A DNA stretch of 64,000 nucleotides from IMG/VR virus record IMGVR_UViG_3300038825_000529, positions 1,539-65,538 of that record; one strand, given 5' to 3'. The translations under genes were made by a program, and so were the position numbers. The notes under the pieces are model-generated. The model searched no databases and was not told the origin of the DNA. It saw only the letters and a program-made list of their open reading frames with translations. Positions 17,735-27,930 of the stretch are shown in pieces. The stretch comes from a virus. Its lineage: Duplodnaviria > Caudoviricetes. Within the stretch, counting starts at the first letter, position 1. Every line of letters begins with the position of its first letter.

Positions 17735-18783
17735 TGGCAGTAAATAGATTTAATAACAATATGTTCCAATTCGAAGATTTCGATATGTCAGGAATTATGA
17801 ATCCTGAACTTGTTGATGTTATGGAAATGCGTAAAGAAGCGAATCTTGCTAGAGGTAACGCAACAGATCAATATGAAGCTGACGTTGCTGATTTTAAAAA
17901 TATACAAGCAACTGAAGCTGAACAAGGGATAGCGTCGTTACCTAATGCACCATCTATGCCAAACATACCAACAGTACCTAATATTGATTATACAAACTTT
18001 AATCCAACATTATTTGATATACCTTTTACTCCACCCGATTTTAATTTTGAAGATATAGATTATACAAATATTCCAGATATACCTGTAATACCTAATATAC
18101 CAACATTCGTTGATAATCCATATACAGAAGTATTTGATACACCTACACCTGACCCAGACCCTGTAGTCAACCTTCCAGATTTAGGTGTTGTTAATTTTCC
18201 AGATTTTAATTTTGATATTCCTGAATTAGGTATTGTTAATGTAGATGATAATCTTTCTACTATGCCTGTTACTGATGATATCATCGATGTTGATATTCCT
18301 GTATCAGATAGCCCCCTACCTGATTATCTTTTCGTTGATCCTGAAACGGGCGGAGATTATGTTTTAGTTCCAGGAGATCCTAATAACCCTGTTGTAATTA
18401 GAGATCCTGAAACAGGTGAATTACCTCCAGGATATAATGATGACGGACCTGTTTACCCTCCAGGAACAACACCACCAGAAGTTTATGTACCACCTCCTCC
18501 ACCACCTGTACGTAGACCATACGAAACAGTTATCCCTTACGAAAGACCTTTAGATAATGTTTATGCAGGATATACAAGACCGATGGATCCAAGTTTATTT
18601 GGTAGCACTCCAGGATTCGAAAATAGTCCGTTTAGACAACAACCGACAGGGATGAAAGGCGGAGGTCGAGTACCTATGGGGAATAATAATATGTTAAATA
18701 GCGGGCTATCAAGGTTGCCCTTAAATCAACAAAACGATACACTTACTCAAGTGTTCCAATCAGGCTTTAGACCACGGAGATAA
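17734..18783 (+). CDS. Pro/Asp-rich putative virion protein
   Basis: PNIP/DIP repeats, poly-Pro, GIASL and GMKGGG motifs. Confidence 0.55.
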   Translation: MAVNRFNNNMFQFEDFDMSGIMNPELVDVMEMRKEANLARGNATDQYEADVADFKNIQATEAEQGIASLPNAPSMPNIPTVPNIDYTNFNPTLFDIPFTPPDFNFEDIDYTNIPDIPVIPNIPTFVDNPYTEVFDTPTPDPDPVVNLPDLGVVNFPDFNFDIPELGIVNVDDNLSTMPVTDDIIDVDIPVSDSPLPDYLFVDPETGGDYVLVPGDPNNPVVIRDPETGELPPGYNDDGPVYPPGTTPPEVYVPPPPPPVRRPYETVIPYERPLDNVYAGYTRPMDPSLFGSTPGFENSPFRQQPTGMKGGGRVPMGNNNMLNSGLSRLPLNQQNDTLTQVFQSGFRPRR

Positions 18784-18784
18784 A

Positions 18785-19489
18785 ATGGCAAACGGAATAG
18801 AAGACTTAATGAATATACGAACAACAGGTGGCACACAAAACGTTCCTCCTAGACCTCCTATGCAAGGTGGGTTAGCTTCTATGGGAGCAGGACAACCAAC
18901 AATGCCTCCTGTGGTAGACGATCAAATGTCAATGCCTCCGATGGGCGGACAAGAAATGCCTTCTGAACAACCTCAAGAACAAGGAATGTCTATTGAACAA
19001 GATGCAGCAATGTTAGCCGAAGCAACAATCGGTAGAACAGGTGGTGATCCTCAAGCAGCAGTCGCTATTTTAGATACAGCTAAAGCCATGTTGATGCAAG
19101 GTGGTCAAGAAGAACCTATGATGATGGCAGGTGGTGGTGCATTAAATCCAGGATTACAAGCCTTACAAAAAACAAACCCTGAAGTCGTTGATAAAATTTT
19201 AAAAAGAGAAATGGGTGGACCGTTATATGCTGAAGAAGGTATGCCTTTAACAGATACTGAAACGATGAAACAAATGATTATGAATAGTATTAGAGAAAAC
19301 CCTGTACTAAATAGTGAAGGAGCTTATAATATTACAAGTCCTATGGGGCAAAATGTAAGAACAGCTGTATCTCAGTTAAGTAATGATGTTTTAGGTAGAG
19401 ATGTTTCTGATAACCGTTCTGATGTTTCTAAAGATGAGTTAAGAGGAATTTACGGTAAGTCGCGTATTTTTAATATGCAGAAAAACTAA
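18785..19489 (+). CDS. Met/Pro/Gln-rich putative virion protein
   Basis: GGLASM, MMMAGGG and MGGPLY motifs; converges with the SNF2 gene with a 4-bp overlap. Confidence 0.55.
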   Translation: MANGIEDLMNIRTTGGTQNVPPRPPMQGGLASMGAGQPTMPPVVDDQMSMPPMGGQEMPSEQPQEQGMSIEQDAAMLAEATIGRTGGDPQAAVAILDTAKAMLMQGGQEEPMMMAGGGALNPGLQALQKTNPEVVDKILKREMGGPLYAEEGMPLTDTETMKQMIMNSIRENPVLNSEGAYNITSPMGQNVRTAVSQLSNDVLGRDVSDNRSDVSKDELRGIYGKSRIFNMQKN

Positions 19490-20928
19490 TCGATCCAGTC
19501 TTTCCACTTTTCATCACCTAGTACTTCTTGTGCTAGGTCAAGTTTATTTCTAAGAGCTTTTACGATCTTTTCATCAACCGTGCCTTTAGCAACTAAATCA
19601 ATATAGGTAACTTTATTTGTTTGACCTATACGATGAGCCCTATCTTCTGATTGTAAACGTTTTTCTAAATCGTAATTATTAGAATAATAAATCACGGTAC
19701 TTGCTTCGGTCAGCGTAATACCATAACCACCTGTTTGTACATTACTAATTAAATAAGTAAGGGGTGAGTCAGGATCTTGAAATGATTTAATGATTTGTTG
19801 TCTATCTTCATCTAACGTTTCACCGTAGTAAGTTGCTACTGCTTCTGTACCCACGGTATCTTGTAATGTTTTTAAGATACGTTTGATATCGTATTGATAA
19901 TTAGCCCATATAATAACTTTACCTTGAGTTTCTGCTAATACATCTAATAAACTATCTAAACGATTGCTTTTAATTTCTACTTCATCGCCTTGATCGTGTT
20001 TAACAAAACCACAAACAACTTGGTGTAGTCTAAGAATCTGTGTTAGAACAGAAGTAACACTTACTAATTCACTAGATTCTAATTGTGCGATAGCATAATC
20101 TTTTAATTGTTTATAAACTTTCTTTTGTTCAGGCGTTAGTTCAACTTCTCTGCGTTGATATACTTTATCGGGCAAGTCTAAACATTCTTTCTTTAGCACT
20201 CTGTAAGAGAACTCATTTACATTTTCTGTGAGTTCTTCTAAGTTTTGATAACCGACCACCTGTCTAAAAGTTCGTTGTCCCATACTTCTATTAATAACTT
20301 TTGCATACCTGTTTTGAAATGAATAGAACGATGAGTAACCTAATAACTGTGTAGATAGGAATGCACTTTGGCTATATAAATCCAACGGTGATTGCGTTAC
20401 GGGAAAGCCTGTAAGGATTCTACGGTACTTAGTATTGAGAGCTAACTTTAATAAGTTCTTAGTTCGTTGTGCTTTAGGGTTCTTAATAGTCGTAGATTCA
20501 TCGACCGCGATCAGTGCGTTGTGAGCGAGTATAAACTTCTCAACAAAAGCTACACCTTTCTTCGTACTAAAAGCTTCGACATTAATAATTAATATTTTAA
20601 GTTCAGGCGAAACTTCGAACAACTTCATTAGTTCTGCTTTTTGTTTTACCGTAGGTGCGGGATTCCATACACCAACTTCTCGTTCTACGTGGTCAGGCAT
20701 ATGAGCAGGTATTTCTTTTCCAGACCAGTTCCGATAGACCCCTTTGGGTGCTACGATGATAGCCGCGTTTATCCCACCTTTATCATATAAAAGTGCGATA
20801 TTGTCTATAAGTACTTTAGATTTACCTGTACCCATTTCCATAAAATAAGCATATTCACGCTTATTCCATGATCTTTTTAATGCCTCAAGCTGATGCTCAT
20901 AGGGCTTGGTTTTAAACTTATACTGCAT
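19486..20928 (-). CDS. SNF2-family (SF2) helicase
   Basis: PYEHQ, MEMGTGKS, VDEST, ILTGFP, GGYGITLT and QSEDRAHRIGQ motifs. It is the only credible minus-strand gene. Confidence 0.92.
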   Translation of the reverse strand: MQYKFKTKPYEHQLEALKRSWNKREYAYFMEMGTGKSKVLIDNIALLYDKGGINAAIIVAPKGVYRNWSGKEIPAHMPDHVEREVGVWNPAPTVKQKAELMKLFEVSPELKILIINVEAFSTKKGVAFVEKFILAHNALIAVDESTTIKNPKAQRTKNLLKLALNTKYRRILTGFPVTQSPLDLYSQSAFLSTQLLGYSSFYSFQNRYAKVINRSMGQRTFRQVVGYQNLEELTENVNEFSYRVLKKECLDLPDKVYQRREVELTPEQKKVYKQLKDYAIAQLESSELVSVTSVLTQILRLHQVVCGFVKHDQGDEVEIKSNRLDSLLDVLAETQGKVIIWANYQYDIKRILKTLQDTVGTEAVATYYGETLDEDRQQIIKSFQDPDSPLTYLISNVQTGGYGITLTEASTVIYYSNNYDLEKRLQSEDRAHRIGQTNKVTYIDLVAKGTVDEKIVKALRNKLDLAQEVLGDEKWKDWID

Positions 20929-20957
20929 ATTCTTTCTAATTTCTAGTTCCCATTATA

Positions 20958-21156
20958 TATTACAATTTACTTATAAAAAGCCCCAAACTAAAAAGTTTTC
21001 TCATGCCCTCTAATAGAATTAGTAGTTTCTAATAGATTGAATCGTACAATCTAATAGACTGTAACACTCTTAAACACTGGCTTTGTTTAAAAATCTATTA
21101 GATTATTACCGATATTAGTAGTTTTCGAAAAGTTTTTCCTATAAACTTTTTTATTC
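20958..21156. repeat. Left arm of a ~200-bp degenerate inverted repeat with CTAATAG iterons
   Basis: Blocks 20994-21012, 21023-21036 and 21092-21120 match the reverse complement of 42958-42976, 42931-42944 and 42839-42867. Confidence 0.85.
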
Positions 21157-21178
21157 TTAAAACTACTATATAACTAAT

Positions 21179-21241
21179 AGCTTTACTTTGTCGGTATTGC
21201 TAGATATTATTTAAGTTCTAGAAATAAGAAAGGAGAAAAAA
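21179..21241 (+). promoter_or_regulatory. Phage promoter (GCTTTACTT class) plus AGAAAGGAG RBS
   Basis: TTTACT 21182-87, 17 bp spacer, TATTAT 21205-10. Confidence 0.7.
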
Positions 21242-21568
21242 GTGACAGTATATGTCGTACAGGAGATTCCAGGACGCAACATTGCCTCGGCTAGAAGCTA
21301 TGGTGATTTTCAAGTTCTGTTACCCTCTAACACACAAATTATGTTAAGTGCTGCTCCCTCTGTTCGTAGGATGAAAAAACTCTTACAGGACTTCAAAGAA
21401 GGAGATTACTTATTATTAATAGGCGATCCTGCCGCCATTGGCGTAGCGTGTTCTATCGCTGCATTTTATAACCGAGGTAGATATAGTATATTAAAGTGGG
21501 ATCGACAGGAAAGTTTATACTATCCTGTTGATATCGATCTACATCAGAAAGGAGAAATAGATGAATAA
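21242..21568 (+). CDS. Conserved phage protein heading the replication operon
   Basis: GTG start with strong RBS; VYVVQE...DYLLLIGDP motif. Confidence 0.7.
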   Translation: MTVYVVQEIPGRNIASARSYGDFQVLLPSNTQIMLSAAPSVRRMKKLLQDFKEGDYLLLIGDPAAIGVACSIAAFYNRGRYSILKWDRQESLYYPVDIDLHQKGEIDE

Positions 21569-22133
21569 ACCAACTTTTGAGGACTTAGTCGGTACGGAAT
21601 CCGTTGAAGAATGGACGAATGAAGTATCTGACGGAGAACTTAATATTGTTTCTAACTTAGCTAAGAAACAACTTCAACTAGCTAGGCAAGTAGCCACGTT
21701 AGAAGAAGATCTCAAAGCTAAGAAAGAAGAACTTCGTTTAACTTCGGAGCAAGAACTACCTGATGCGATGCAAGCAGCAGGTCTTAATCAAATAGTACTT
21801 AGTACTGGAGAGAAAATCTCTATTAATGAGTTCTATAACGCTCACATATCGAAGGCAAACCAAGAAGTAGCATATCAGTGGTTAGTAGAAAACGGTCACG
21901 AAGGACTTATAAAGAACGAGGTTCTTTTAAAGTTCGGACGTGAGGAAAGCACAGTCGTAGACGAAACTGTTTCGGCTCTGCAATCTAGAGGTCTATCACC
22001 AGAAGTGCGACAGAGTGTTCATCCGAGTACATTAAAAGCTTTTGTAAAAGAGCAGTTTACTTCGGGTAACGATATACCAACCGAACCATTTGGTATCTAT
22101 ATAGGTACTAAAGCAACCATTAAAAAGGATTAA
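21561..22133 (+). CDS. Conserved replication-module protein
   Basis: Coiled coil, LPDAM, WL.ENG...LIK and VHPSTLKAFVKE motifs; strong RBS. Confidence 0.7.
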   Translation: MNKPTFEDLVGTESVEEWTNEVSDGELNIVSNLAKKQLQLARQVATLEEDLKAKKEELRLTSEQELPDAMQAAGLNQIVLSTGEKISINEFYNAHISKANQEVAYQWLVENGHEGLIKNEVLLKFGREESTVVDETVSALQSRGLSPEVRQSVHPSTLKAFVKEQFTSGNDIPTEPFGIYIGTKATIKKD

Positions 22134-22135
22134 TT

Positions 22136-22921
22136 ATGACAGATAAAAAAGATATAGCTGAAACATCTAATACCGCTATCAGCACTTTTGACGATACTTT
22201 ATTGTCAGGCGGTACAGGACTAGAAGAAACAACTACAGAGGATTTTGCGATCCCCTTTATAAGAGTTCTTCAACCCATGTCACCACAACTACAAAAACAA
22301 CATGGTAGTTATGTACAAGGTGCGAGTGCGGGTGATCTGTATAACACCGTTACAGGTGAAGCCCACGACGGAGAAAAAGGAATATTAATTGTTCCGTGTG
22401 CTTATAACAAAAAGTACATCGAATGGATTCCTAGAGAGAAAGGTGGTGGTTTAGTGAACGCTAACCATGACATTTCTATCTTATCTAAATGTACTAAAGA
22501 TCCTGAAACTAGACGGTCATATACGCCAGACGGTAACGAGATTGTAGAAACTGCACAGTTTTTCGTTTTAGTATTAGAAGGTGGTTCTCCACAACAGGCT
22601 GTAGTAACGTTTACTTCTACACAATTAGGTGTAGCTAGAAAATGGTTAACGATGTTAAGAATGGCTAGAGTAGAAAACAGTAAAGGTGAGTCTGTAGAAG
22701 CACCAATGTTTGCTTATACTTATAGACTTACTACAACCACACAGTCTAACGATAAAGGTAGTTGGAACGGATATTCTGTTAACCAAGAAGGTGCTACAGA
22801 GATGCCTATTGCAATGATGGCTAAAGACTTTATGTCTGCGGCAAGAGCAGGAGACGTTCAAGTTAAAGAGGAACATCAAAGAGATGACGTAAAAGATACT
22901 ACGTTTGACGACGCAATCTAA
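22136..22921 (+). CDS. Putative single-stranded DNA-binding protein
   Basis: IPFIRVLQPMSPQ, YIEW, NDKGSW and an acidic C-terminal tail (DTTFDDAI); lies upstream of the primase. Confidence 0.65.
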   Translation: MTDKKDIAETSNTAISTFDDTLLSGGTGLEETTTEDFAIPFIRVLQPMSPQLQKQHGSYVQGASAGDLYNTVTGEAHDGEKGILIVPCAYNKKYIEWIPREKGGGLVNANHDISILSKCTKDPETRRSYTPDGNEIVETAQFFVLVLEGGSPQQAVVTFTSTQLGVARKWLTMLRMARVENSKGESVEAPMFAYTYRLTTTTQSNDKGSWNGYSVNQEGATEMPIAMMAKDFMSAARAGDVQVKEEHQRDDVKDTTFDDAI

Positions 22922-22935
22922 CAAGGAGGGGTTTT

Positions 22936-24459
22936 ATGTCGTTAGCAGAGAAATTTGCTACACGCTATGCTGGATTGCGGAAAGCTTACGGTACGTTTAC
23001 CGCAAGTGATGAAACTCGAGAGGATGGCAAGGCAAGTGGTAAAAACATCACCATATCTAAGGAGTTATCTGATAAAGATCTTCTGAAACTGTGGGATGAC
23101 CACTTGTCAGGTCGTCAAAGCGTAGGGATTGTAGCGATAGATGAAAACAATAGCTGTGTATGGGGAGCGATCGATGTTGATGAGTATCAACTAGATTTAA
23201 AAGACCTCTCTAAGAAACTAGCTAAACAAGAACTACCTCTAATACTTTGTCGAAGTAAAAGCGGAGGAGCACATATTTATATCTTCCTACAAGAACCTGT
23301 TGCGGCTTCGATGCTACAACGAAAACTTAGACAATTAGCCGCGGCAATCGGCTACGGTCAAGCAGAGATATTTCCTAAACAAACACAACTATTATTAGAA
23401 CGTGGTGATAGAGGTAGCACGTTAAATATGCCTTACTTCGGAGGAGAGAACTCAACACGTTATGCTTACGGTAGAGACGGTGGAGCATTAACTCCAGAAG
23501 AGTTTCTTAACTTCGCATCTGAACTAGCCTTAACTGCAAACCAGTTAGAAAAATTAGAAGCCAGTCCATTAAACGAAGCTATTGATTGGTTAGATCAATC
23601 ACCCCCATGTATACAACATTTAATCGTACAGGGGTTTCCTAAAGGTACGCGTAATTCAGGATTATTTAATGTAGGAGTATTTCTTAGAAAGAAATTTCCT
23701 GACGATTGGGAAAAAAGATTAGAGGATGTAAATATAAAATATATGCAACCACCATTAGGAGCACAAGAAGTGTTGACCGTCGGTAAGCAAGTACAACGTA
23801 AAGATTACTTTTATAAATGTAATGATCAGCCAATAGCTAGTCATTGTAATAGTCCGCTATGTCGAACACGTAAATATGGGATTGGTGCTAATGGTGGTAC
23901 ACCGTTATTTAGTAATTTAACTAAACAAGATAGTGAACCACCGATTTGGTTCCTGGATGTAGAAGGCGGCAGGTTAGAATTAGAGACAGATGACTTACTA
24001 AATCAAAACAGATTTCAAAGAAAGTGTATGGATGCTCTAAATAAGATACCTCAGAAGGTTAAGGAAAACGTCTGGAGACAGATCATCCAGCAGCTCCTAG
24101 ACGCGTTAACCGTGGTCGAAGTTCCTAAAGAAAGTTCCACAGAAGGGCACTTTTTAGAACTATTAGAGAATTTTTGTACAGAACGACCTGCGAGAGAACG
24201 TGATGAGCTTTTATTACATAAACCATGGACGGATAATGGTAAAACCTATTTTCGACTTGGTGATTTAATGGAATATTTACATCGACATAACTTTAAAGAC
24301 TATCAAAGAAATAATTTAACATCTAAACTAAAACAACTACATGGAGAACCACACTTTTTTAATATCAAGGGTCGAGGAGTAAACGTTTGGTATATAGAAG
24401 AATTTAAAGCTCAAGACGAACCACATGATTTACCAGAATTTAACGATAACTTATTATGA
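22936..24459 (+). CDS. AEP-type primase (prim-pol) with PriCT-like domain
   Basis: WGAIDVD, RSKSGGAH, EIFPKQ, NMPYF, PPC...GTRN and a Cys cluster. Confidence 0.82.
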   Translation: MSLAEKFATRYAGLRKAYGTFTASDETREDGKASGKNITISKELSDKDLLKLWDDHLSGRQSVGIVAIDENNSCVWGAIDVDEYQLDLKDLSKKLAKQELPLILCRSKSGGAHIYIFLQEPVAASMLQRKLRQLAAAIGYGQAEIFPKQTQLLLERGDRGSTLNMPYFGGENSTRYAYGRDGGALTPEEFLNFASELALTANQLEKLEASPLNEAIDWLDQSPPCIQHLIVQGFPKGTRNSGLFNVGVFLRKKFPDDWEKRLEDVNIKYMQPPLGAQEVLTVGKQVQRKDYFYKCNDQPIASHCNSPLCRTRKYGIGANGGTPLFSNLTKQDSEPPIWFLDVEGGRLELETDDLLNQNRFQRKCMDALNKIPQKVKENVWRQIIQQLLDALTVVEVPKESSTEGHFLELLENFCTERPARERDELLLHKPWTDNGKTYFRLGDLMEYLHRHNFKDYQRNNLTSKLKQLHGEPHFFNIKGRGVNVWYIEEFKAQDEPHDLPEFNDNLL

Positions 24460-25034
24460 TTAAACATATCAAACATATATTTGCAGAGTTTGAGCACGGA
24501 ATAGATAAGTGGGACGATCCTCGTGAACGTATGTTCGAAGGCACGATGGTTAAAGGTCGACCGACTCGTGGGTTTGGTGATTCAACTTTTAATTATGCAG
24601 GTAAGTTATATGAACCTGAACCATGGACTCATAAAATGCAATTAATCAAGGTTGCGGCAGAAGATGTAGCTTCCAGAGTTTTCGATAAAGAAATCAAATT
24701 TACTTTTTGTTTATGTGGTTTTTATCCTGATGATAAAGGTATACCACACCACAGCGATACTGTACCTACTCTTGATGACGTGGTTGTTTCTTTAAGTTTT
24801 GGTGCACCTAGAGTTTTTGCTTGGAGAACTTATCAAAATAATATAAAACGACATACAAATACCAGTGATGTAGATTTTAAGGAAAATTTTATAAAAGATG
24901 AGAAGTTATATCTTCTTGATCACGGTGATGTAATTATGTTCGATGGATACTCACAGATGAAAGCTACTCATGCTGTTCCTGATTTAGTAGGAGCAGAAGA
25001 AAGAGTTAATTTAACTTTTAGAAGTGGTTTATGA
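24456..25034 (+). CDS. AlkB-like 2OG-Fe(II) dioxygenase
   Basis: HSD..SLSFGAPRVF, H(AVP) and RVNLTFR facial-triad/2OG-binding motifs. Confidence 0.88.
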   Translation: MIKHIKHIFAEFEHGIDKWDDPRERMFEGTMVKGRPTRGFGDSTFNYAGKLYEPEPWTHKMQLIKVAAEDVASRVFDKEIKFTFCLCGFYPDDKGIPHHSDTVPTLDDVVVSLSFGAPRVFAWRTYQNNIKRHTNTSDVDFKENFIKDEKLYLLDHGDVIMFDGYSQMKATHAVPDLVGAEERVNLTFRSGL

Positions 25035-26527
25035 CCTTACCTAGCCATACGCAAGTGATCCTTGGACCTCCAGGAACAGGGAAAACTAGCACACTCCTTG
25101 GCTTAATCGAAGACGAACTAGAAAACGGTACTGAACCTGAACGTATTGGTTTCTTCACGTTTACTAAAAAAGCAGTAAACGAAGGTAAAGAAAGAGCCAT
25201 GAATCGTTTTAGTATTACTAATAAACAACTGCCATTTTTCCGTACTCTACATTCATTAGCTTTTAGACAACTAGGACTTACTAGAGAAAGCGTAGTAAGT
25301 AATTCAGACATATCAGACCTAAACGAAAAACTTAATTTAAAACTTACAGGTAGGACAACTTCCGATGATGGTCATTTATTCGGTATGACTCATGATGATC
25401 GTCTAGCCTTTATAGAAAACTTAGCTAGGATGAGAGACGTGCCACTAAAAGAACAGTGGCACGAGGTTGAAGATGCGGTTGGTTGGTTTGAGCTAGAACG
25501 TTTTGCTCGAGGATTGAAGTTATTTAAAGAAGATCGGTTGCTTGTTGATTATACAGATATGTTACAAAACTTTTTAGTTGATGGTGATGTACCTGTATTA
25601 GATGTTATGTTCGTAGACGAAGCACAAGACCTTTCTCCTTTGCAGTGGGCGGTGGTGCGTAAGTTAGCAGAAAAAGCCAAAAAGATATACGTCGCAGGAG
25701 ATGACGACCAAGCAATCTATCGTTGGGCGGGAGCGGATGTTGAGTATTTGATAAAAAATTCTACCGACGCTATGATACTAAAACAATCTTATCGAGTACC
25801 GTCTTCTGTACATAAAGTTGCTAGTCGATGTATAGGTCAAGTAGGTTCGCGTATTTATAAAGAATGGAAACCTAGAACAGATGAAGGTTTGGTACGTTGG
25901 GAAGCTACGATAGAACAGGTAAACATGGATCAAGGTGAGTGGTTAGTGTTAGCTAGAACAAATTATTTATTAGAAAGCGTTGATGAGTATTGTAGAAACG
26001 AAGGATGGTTTTTCGAAGTTAAAGGTCGACCGTCTATTTCAGAGGCAAAGGTTAGAGCAGTTATCTATTGGGAACGATTACGTAAAGGTCAAACAGTAAC
26101 CTTGGCTGAATGTGCAAACATTCTAAAATATATCAAAGTTAAAACACCTAAGAAACTTGATTTATTAGATACTGATTTAGTTTTACAGTACGAAGATCTT
26201 AAAAGTCATCTTCCAGACTTGCCTGATGGTCATTGGTATGATGTTTTTACCTTATTAAGTCCTAAAGATATTAGTTACATACGAGCCATGCTACGTAGAG
26301 GAGAAAAGATTACTAAACAACCACGTATTAGATTATCTACAATCCATGCGGCTAAAGGTGGAGAAGCTACCAACGTTGTATTACTTACGGATATAACTAC
26401 AAGAGTTTATAAAAATTATCAACAAAACCCTGATGAGGAAAATAGAGTATTCTATGTGGGTATTACAAGAACAAAAGAAAACCTGTATTTGATAGAGCCT
26501 AAAACAACACGCTGCTATCAAATGTGA
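25031..26527 (+). CDS. UvrD/Rep-like SF1 helicase
   Basis: GPPGTGKT, FRTLHS, VDEAQD, GDDDQAIY, QSYR, STIHAAKGGE and YVGITR motifs. Confidence 0.93.
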   Translation: MTLPSHTQVILGPPGTGKTSTLLGLIEDELENGTEPERIGFFTFTKKAVNEGKERAMNRFSITNKQLPFFRTLHSLAFRQLGLTRESVVSNSDISDLNEKLNLKLTGRTTSDDGHLFGMTHDDRLAFIENLARMRDVPLKEQWHEVEDAVGWFELERFARGLKLFKEDRLLVDYTDMLQNFLVDGDVPVLDVMFVDEAQDLSPLQWAVVRKLAEKAKKIYVAGDDDQAIYRWAGADVEYLIKNSTDAMILKQSYRVPSSVHKVASRCIGQVGSRIYKEWKPRTDEGLVRWEATIEQVNMDQGEWLVLARTNYLLESVDEYCRNEGWFFEVKGRPSISEAKVRAVIYWERLRKGQTVTLAECANILKYIKVKTPKKLDLLDTDLVLQYEDLKSHLPDLPDGHWYDVFTLLSPKDISYIRAMLRRGEKITKQPRIRLSTIHAAKGGEATNVVLLTDITTRVYKNYQQNPDEENRVFYVGITRTKENLYLIEPKTTRCYQM

Positions 26528-26530
26528 AAG

Positions 26531-26599
26531 TGCTTTACTTTGCACATAAAAGTAAAGTATAAAGGTACTTATATTTATGTTTAAAGAAAGGAGAAAATT
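26531..26599 (+). promoter_or_regulatory. Phage promoter plus RBS for the DNA-modification operon
   Basis: TGCTTTACTTT, TATAAA 26558-63, AGAAAGGAG; CTTTACTTT/AAAGTAAAG also form an inverted repeat. Confidence 0.65.
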
Positions 26600-27082
26600 A
26601 TGAACATATTCTATTTTAACGAAGATCCTGTGATTGCGGCTAAGTCGCAACCAGATAAAATGCTAGTGAAGATGCCATTAGAAACCGCACAGATGCTCTG
26701 TACAGCTCACCGTTTATTAGACGGAGACGAATATGCAGATAGTGTAGGGTTATATAGGAAAGCTTATATGAACCATCCCTGTACAATCTGGGCTAGAGAA
26801 TGCAGTGGTAACTATTATTGGCTTTATAAACATTTTATAGCGTTAGGTAACGAATATACATATCGTTACCAACGGACTCATGCAAGTCTTGCTAAATTGT
26901 CAGACGCCTTATATGTAATGCCTAAAAACATTACTCGAGGTCTTATGACACCAGTTGCTCAAGCGATGCCTGACGAATATAAAAACGAGGACTCTGTTCT
27001 AGCTTATCGTAATTACGTTATTAACGAGAAACATTACGCTAAGTGGGAAAAGGGTAGAACTAAACCAAGTTGGTGGAGGTAA
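26600..27082 (+). CDS. Pyrimidine-dimer DNA glycosylase/DenV-like protein
   Basis: MNIFY...DK..VKM.LETAQML, NHPCTIWAR, EY..RY...H, QAMPDEYK and AYRNY motifs. Confidence 0.75.
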   Translation: MNIFYFNEDPVIAAKSQPDKMLVKMPLETAQMLCTAHRLLDGDEYADSVGLYRKAYMNHPCTIWARECSGNYYWLYKHFIALGNEYTYRYQRTHASLAKLSDALYVMPKNITRGLMTPVAQAMPDEYKNEDSVLAYRNYVINEKHYAKWEKGRTKPSWWR

Positions 27083-27087
27083 ATTAA

Positions 27088-27930
27088 ATGTCATCAATAA
27101 GAAAGAAACTTACTGTTAATGAAAACGACAGTAAAAATACTAGAATGGATCTTGCTTCGGCAGGAGTGTTAGGAAACTGGAGACCTGATGAACTTGCTCA
27201 TATGAGTCGGTTCGATAAAATCTCCTCTATGTGTATCGCTGAAGCTAAACGGTTAGGTCGACCACTTGATACGTTTGAAGTAGGTTGTGGTGAATGTTGG
27301 GCTTTACGTAATCTATACAAAGCCTATGTTGTAAAGAAATCAGATATTATCCAATCGTATTATGGTTACGATATTGATCCTGCTTGTGAATTAGAAAATC
27401 CTTTTTGGTCTAACGCAGGTGGAGAACTATCTGAATCCACATGGTTTCAAAACTTTAATGGTGAAATACGTATACAAGACTTAACTGTAAACCCTTTATT
27501 TAGACTAGAAGATGAAAGTATAGATTTTTTCTGGACGACCGAAGTTATAGAACATATGGGTAGAGAGTTTATTAGTGCATGGTTGGATGATGCTGCTAGA
27601 ACTATACGACCGAATGGGTTAGCTTTTGTATCTACTCCTAACCACGATGGTTCTAACGACAAGCTTCCTGAGGATCACGTATACGAGTGGGGGTTTCAAG
27701 AACTAAAAGAAGAATTAGAAAGAAACTTCGAGATAGTAGACGTTACAGGAACGTTTATACAATTACCTAATTTAAAGAAAGCGATGAAAGAAGATTCTGA
27801 AACAGGATGGACTCCTGAACAGTTTCAAAAATTACAAAACAGATACGGTAGACAGTTTTTACGAGTTGTTGCCGCCACGTTTTATCCTGAAGTCGCTAAT
27901 AACTGTTCTTGGGTGTTACGTAAAAAGTAA
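27088..27930 (+). CDS. Class I SAM-dependent methyltransferase
   Basis: FEVGCGE motif I, GYDID, EVIEHM, STPN and HVYEW motifs. Confidence 0.82.
   Translation: MSSIRKKLTVNENDSKNTRMDLASAGVLGNWRPDELAHMSRFDKISSMCIAEAKRLGRPLDTFEVGCGECWALRNLYKAYVVKKSDIIQSYYGYDIDPACELENPFWSNAGGELSESTWFQNFNGEIRIQDLTVNPLFRLEDESIDFFWTTEVIEHMGREFISAWLDDAARTIRPNGLAFVSTPNHDGSNDKLPEDHVYEWGFQELKEELERNFEIVDVTGTFIQLPNLKKAMKEDSETGWTPEQFQKLQNRYGRQFLRVVAATFYPEVANNCSWVLRKK

Noticed and set aside
27088-27930. Conventional DNA adenine or cytosine methyltransferase
   Set aside because: Lacks DPPY/NPPY and PCQ/ENV motifs; looks like a small-molecule class I methyltransferase.
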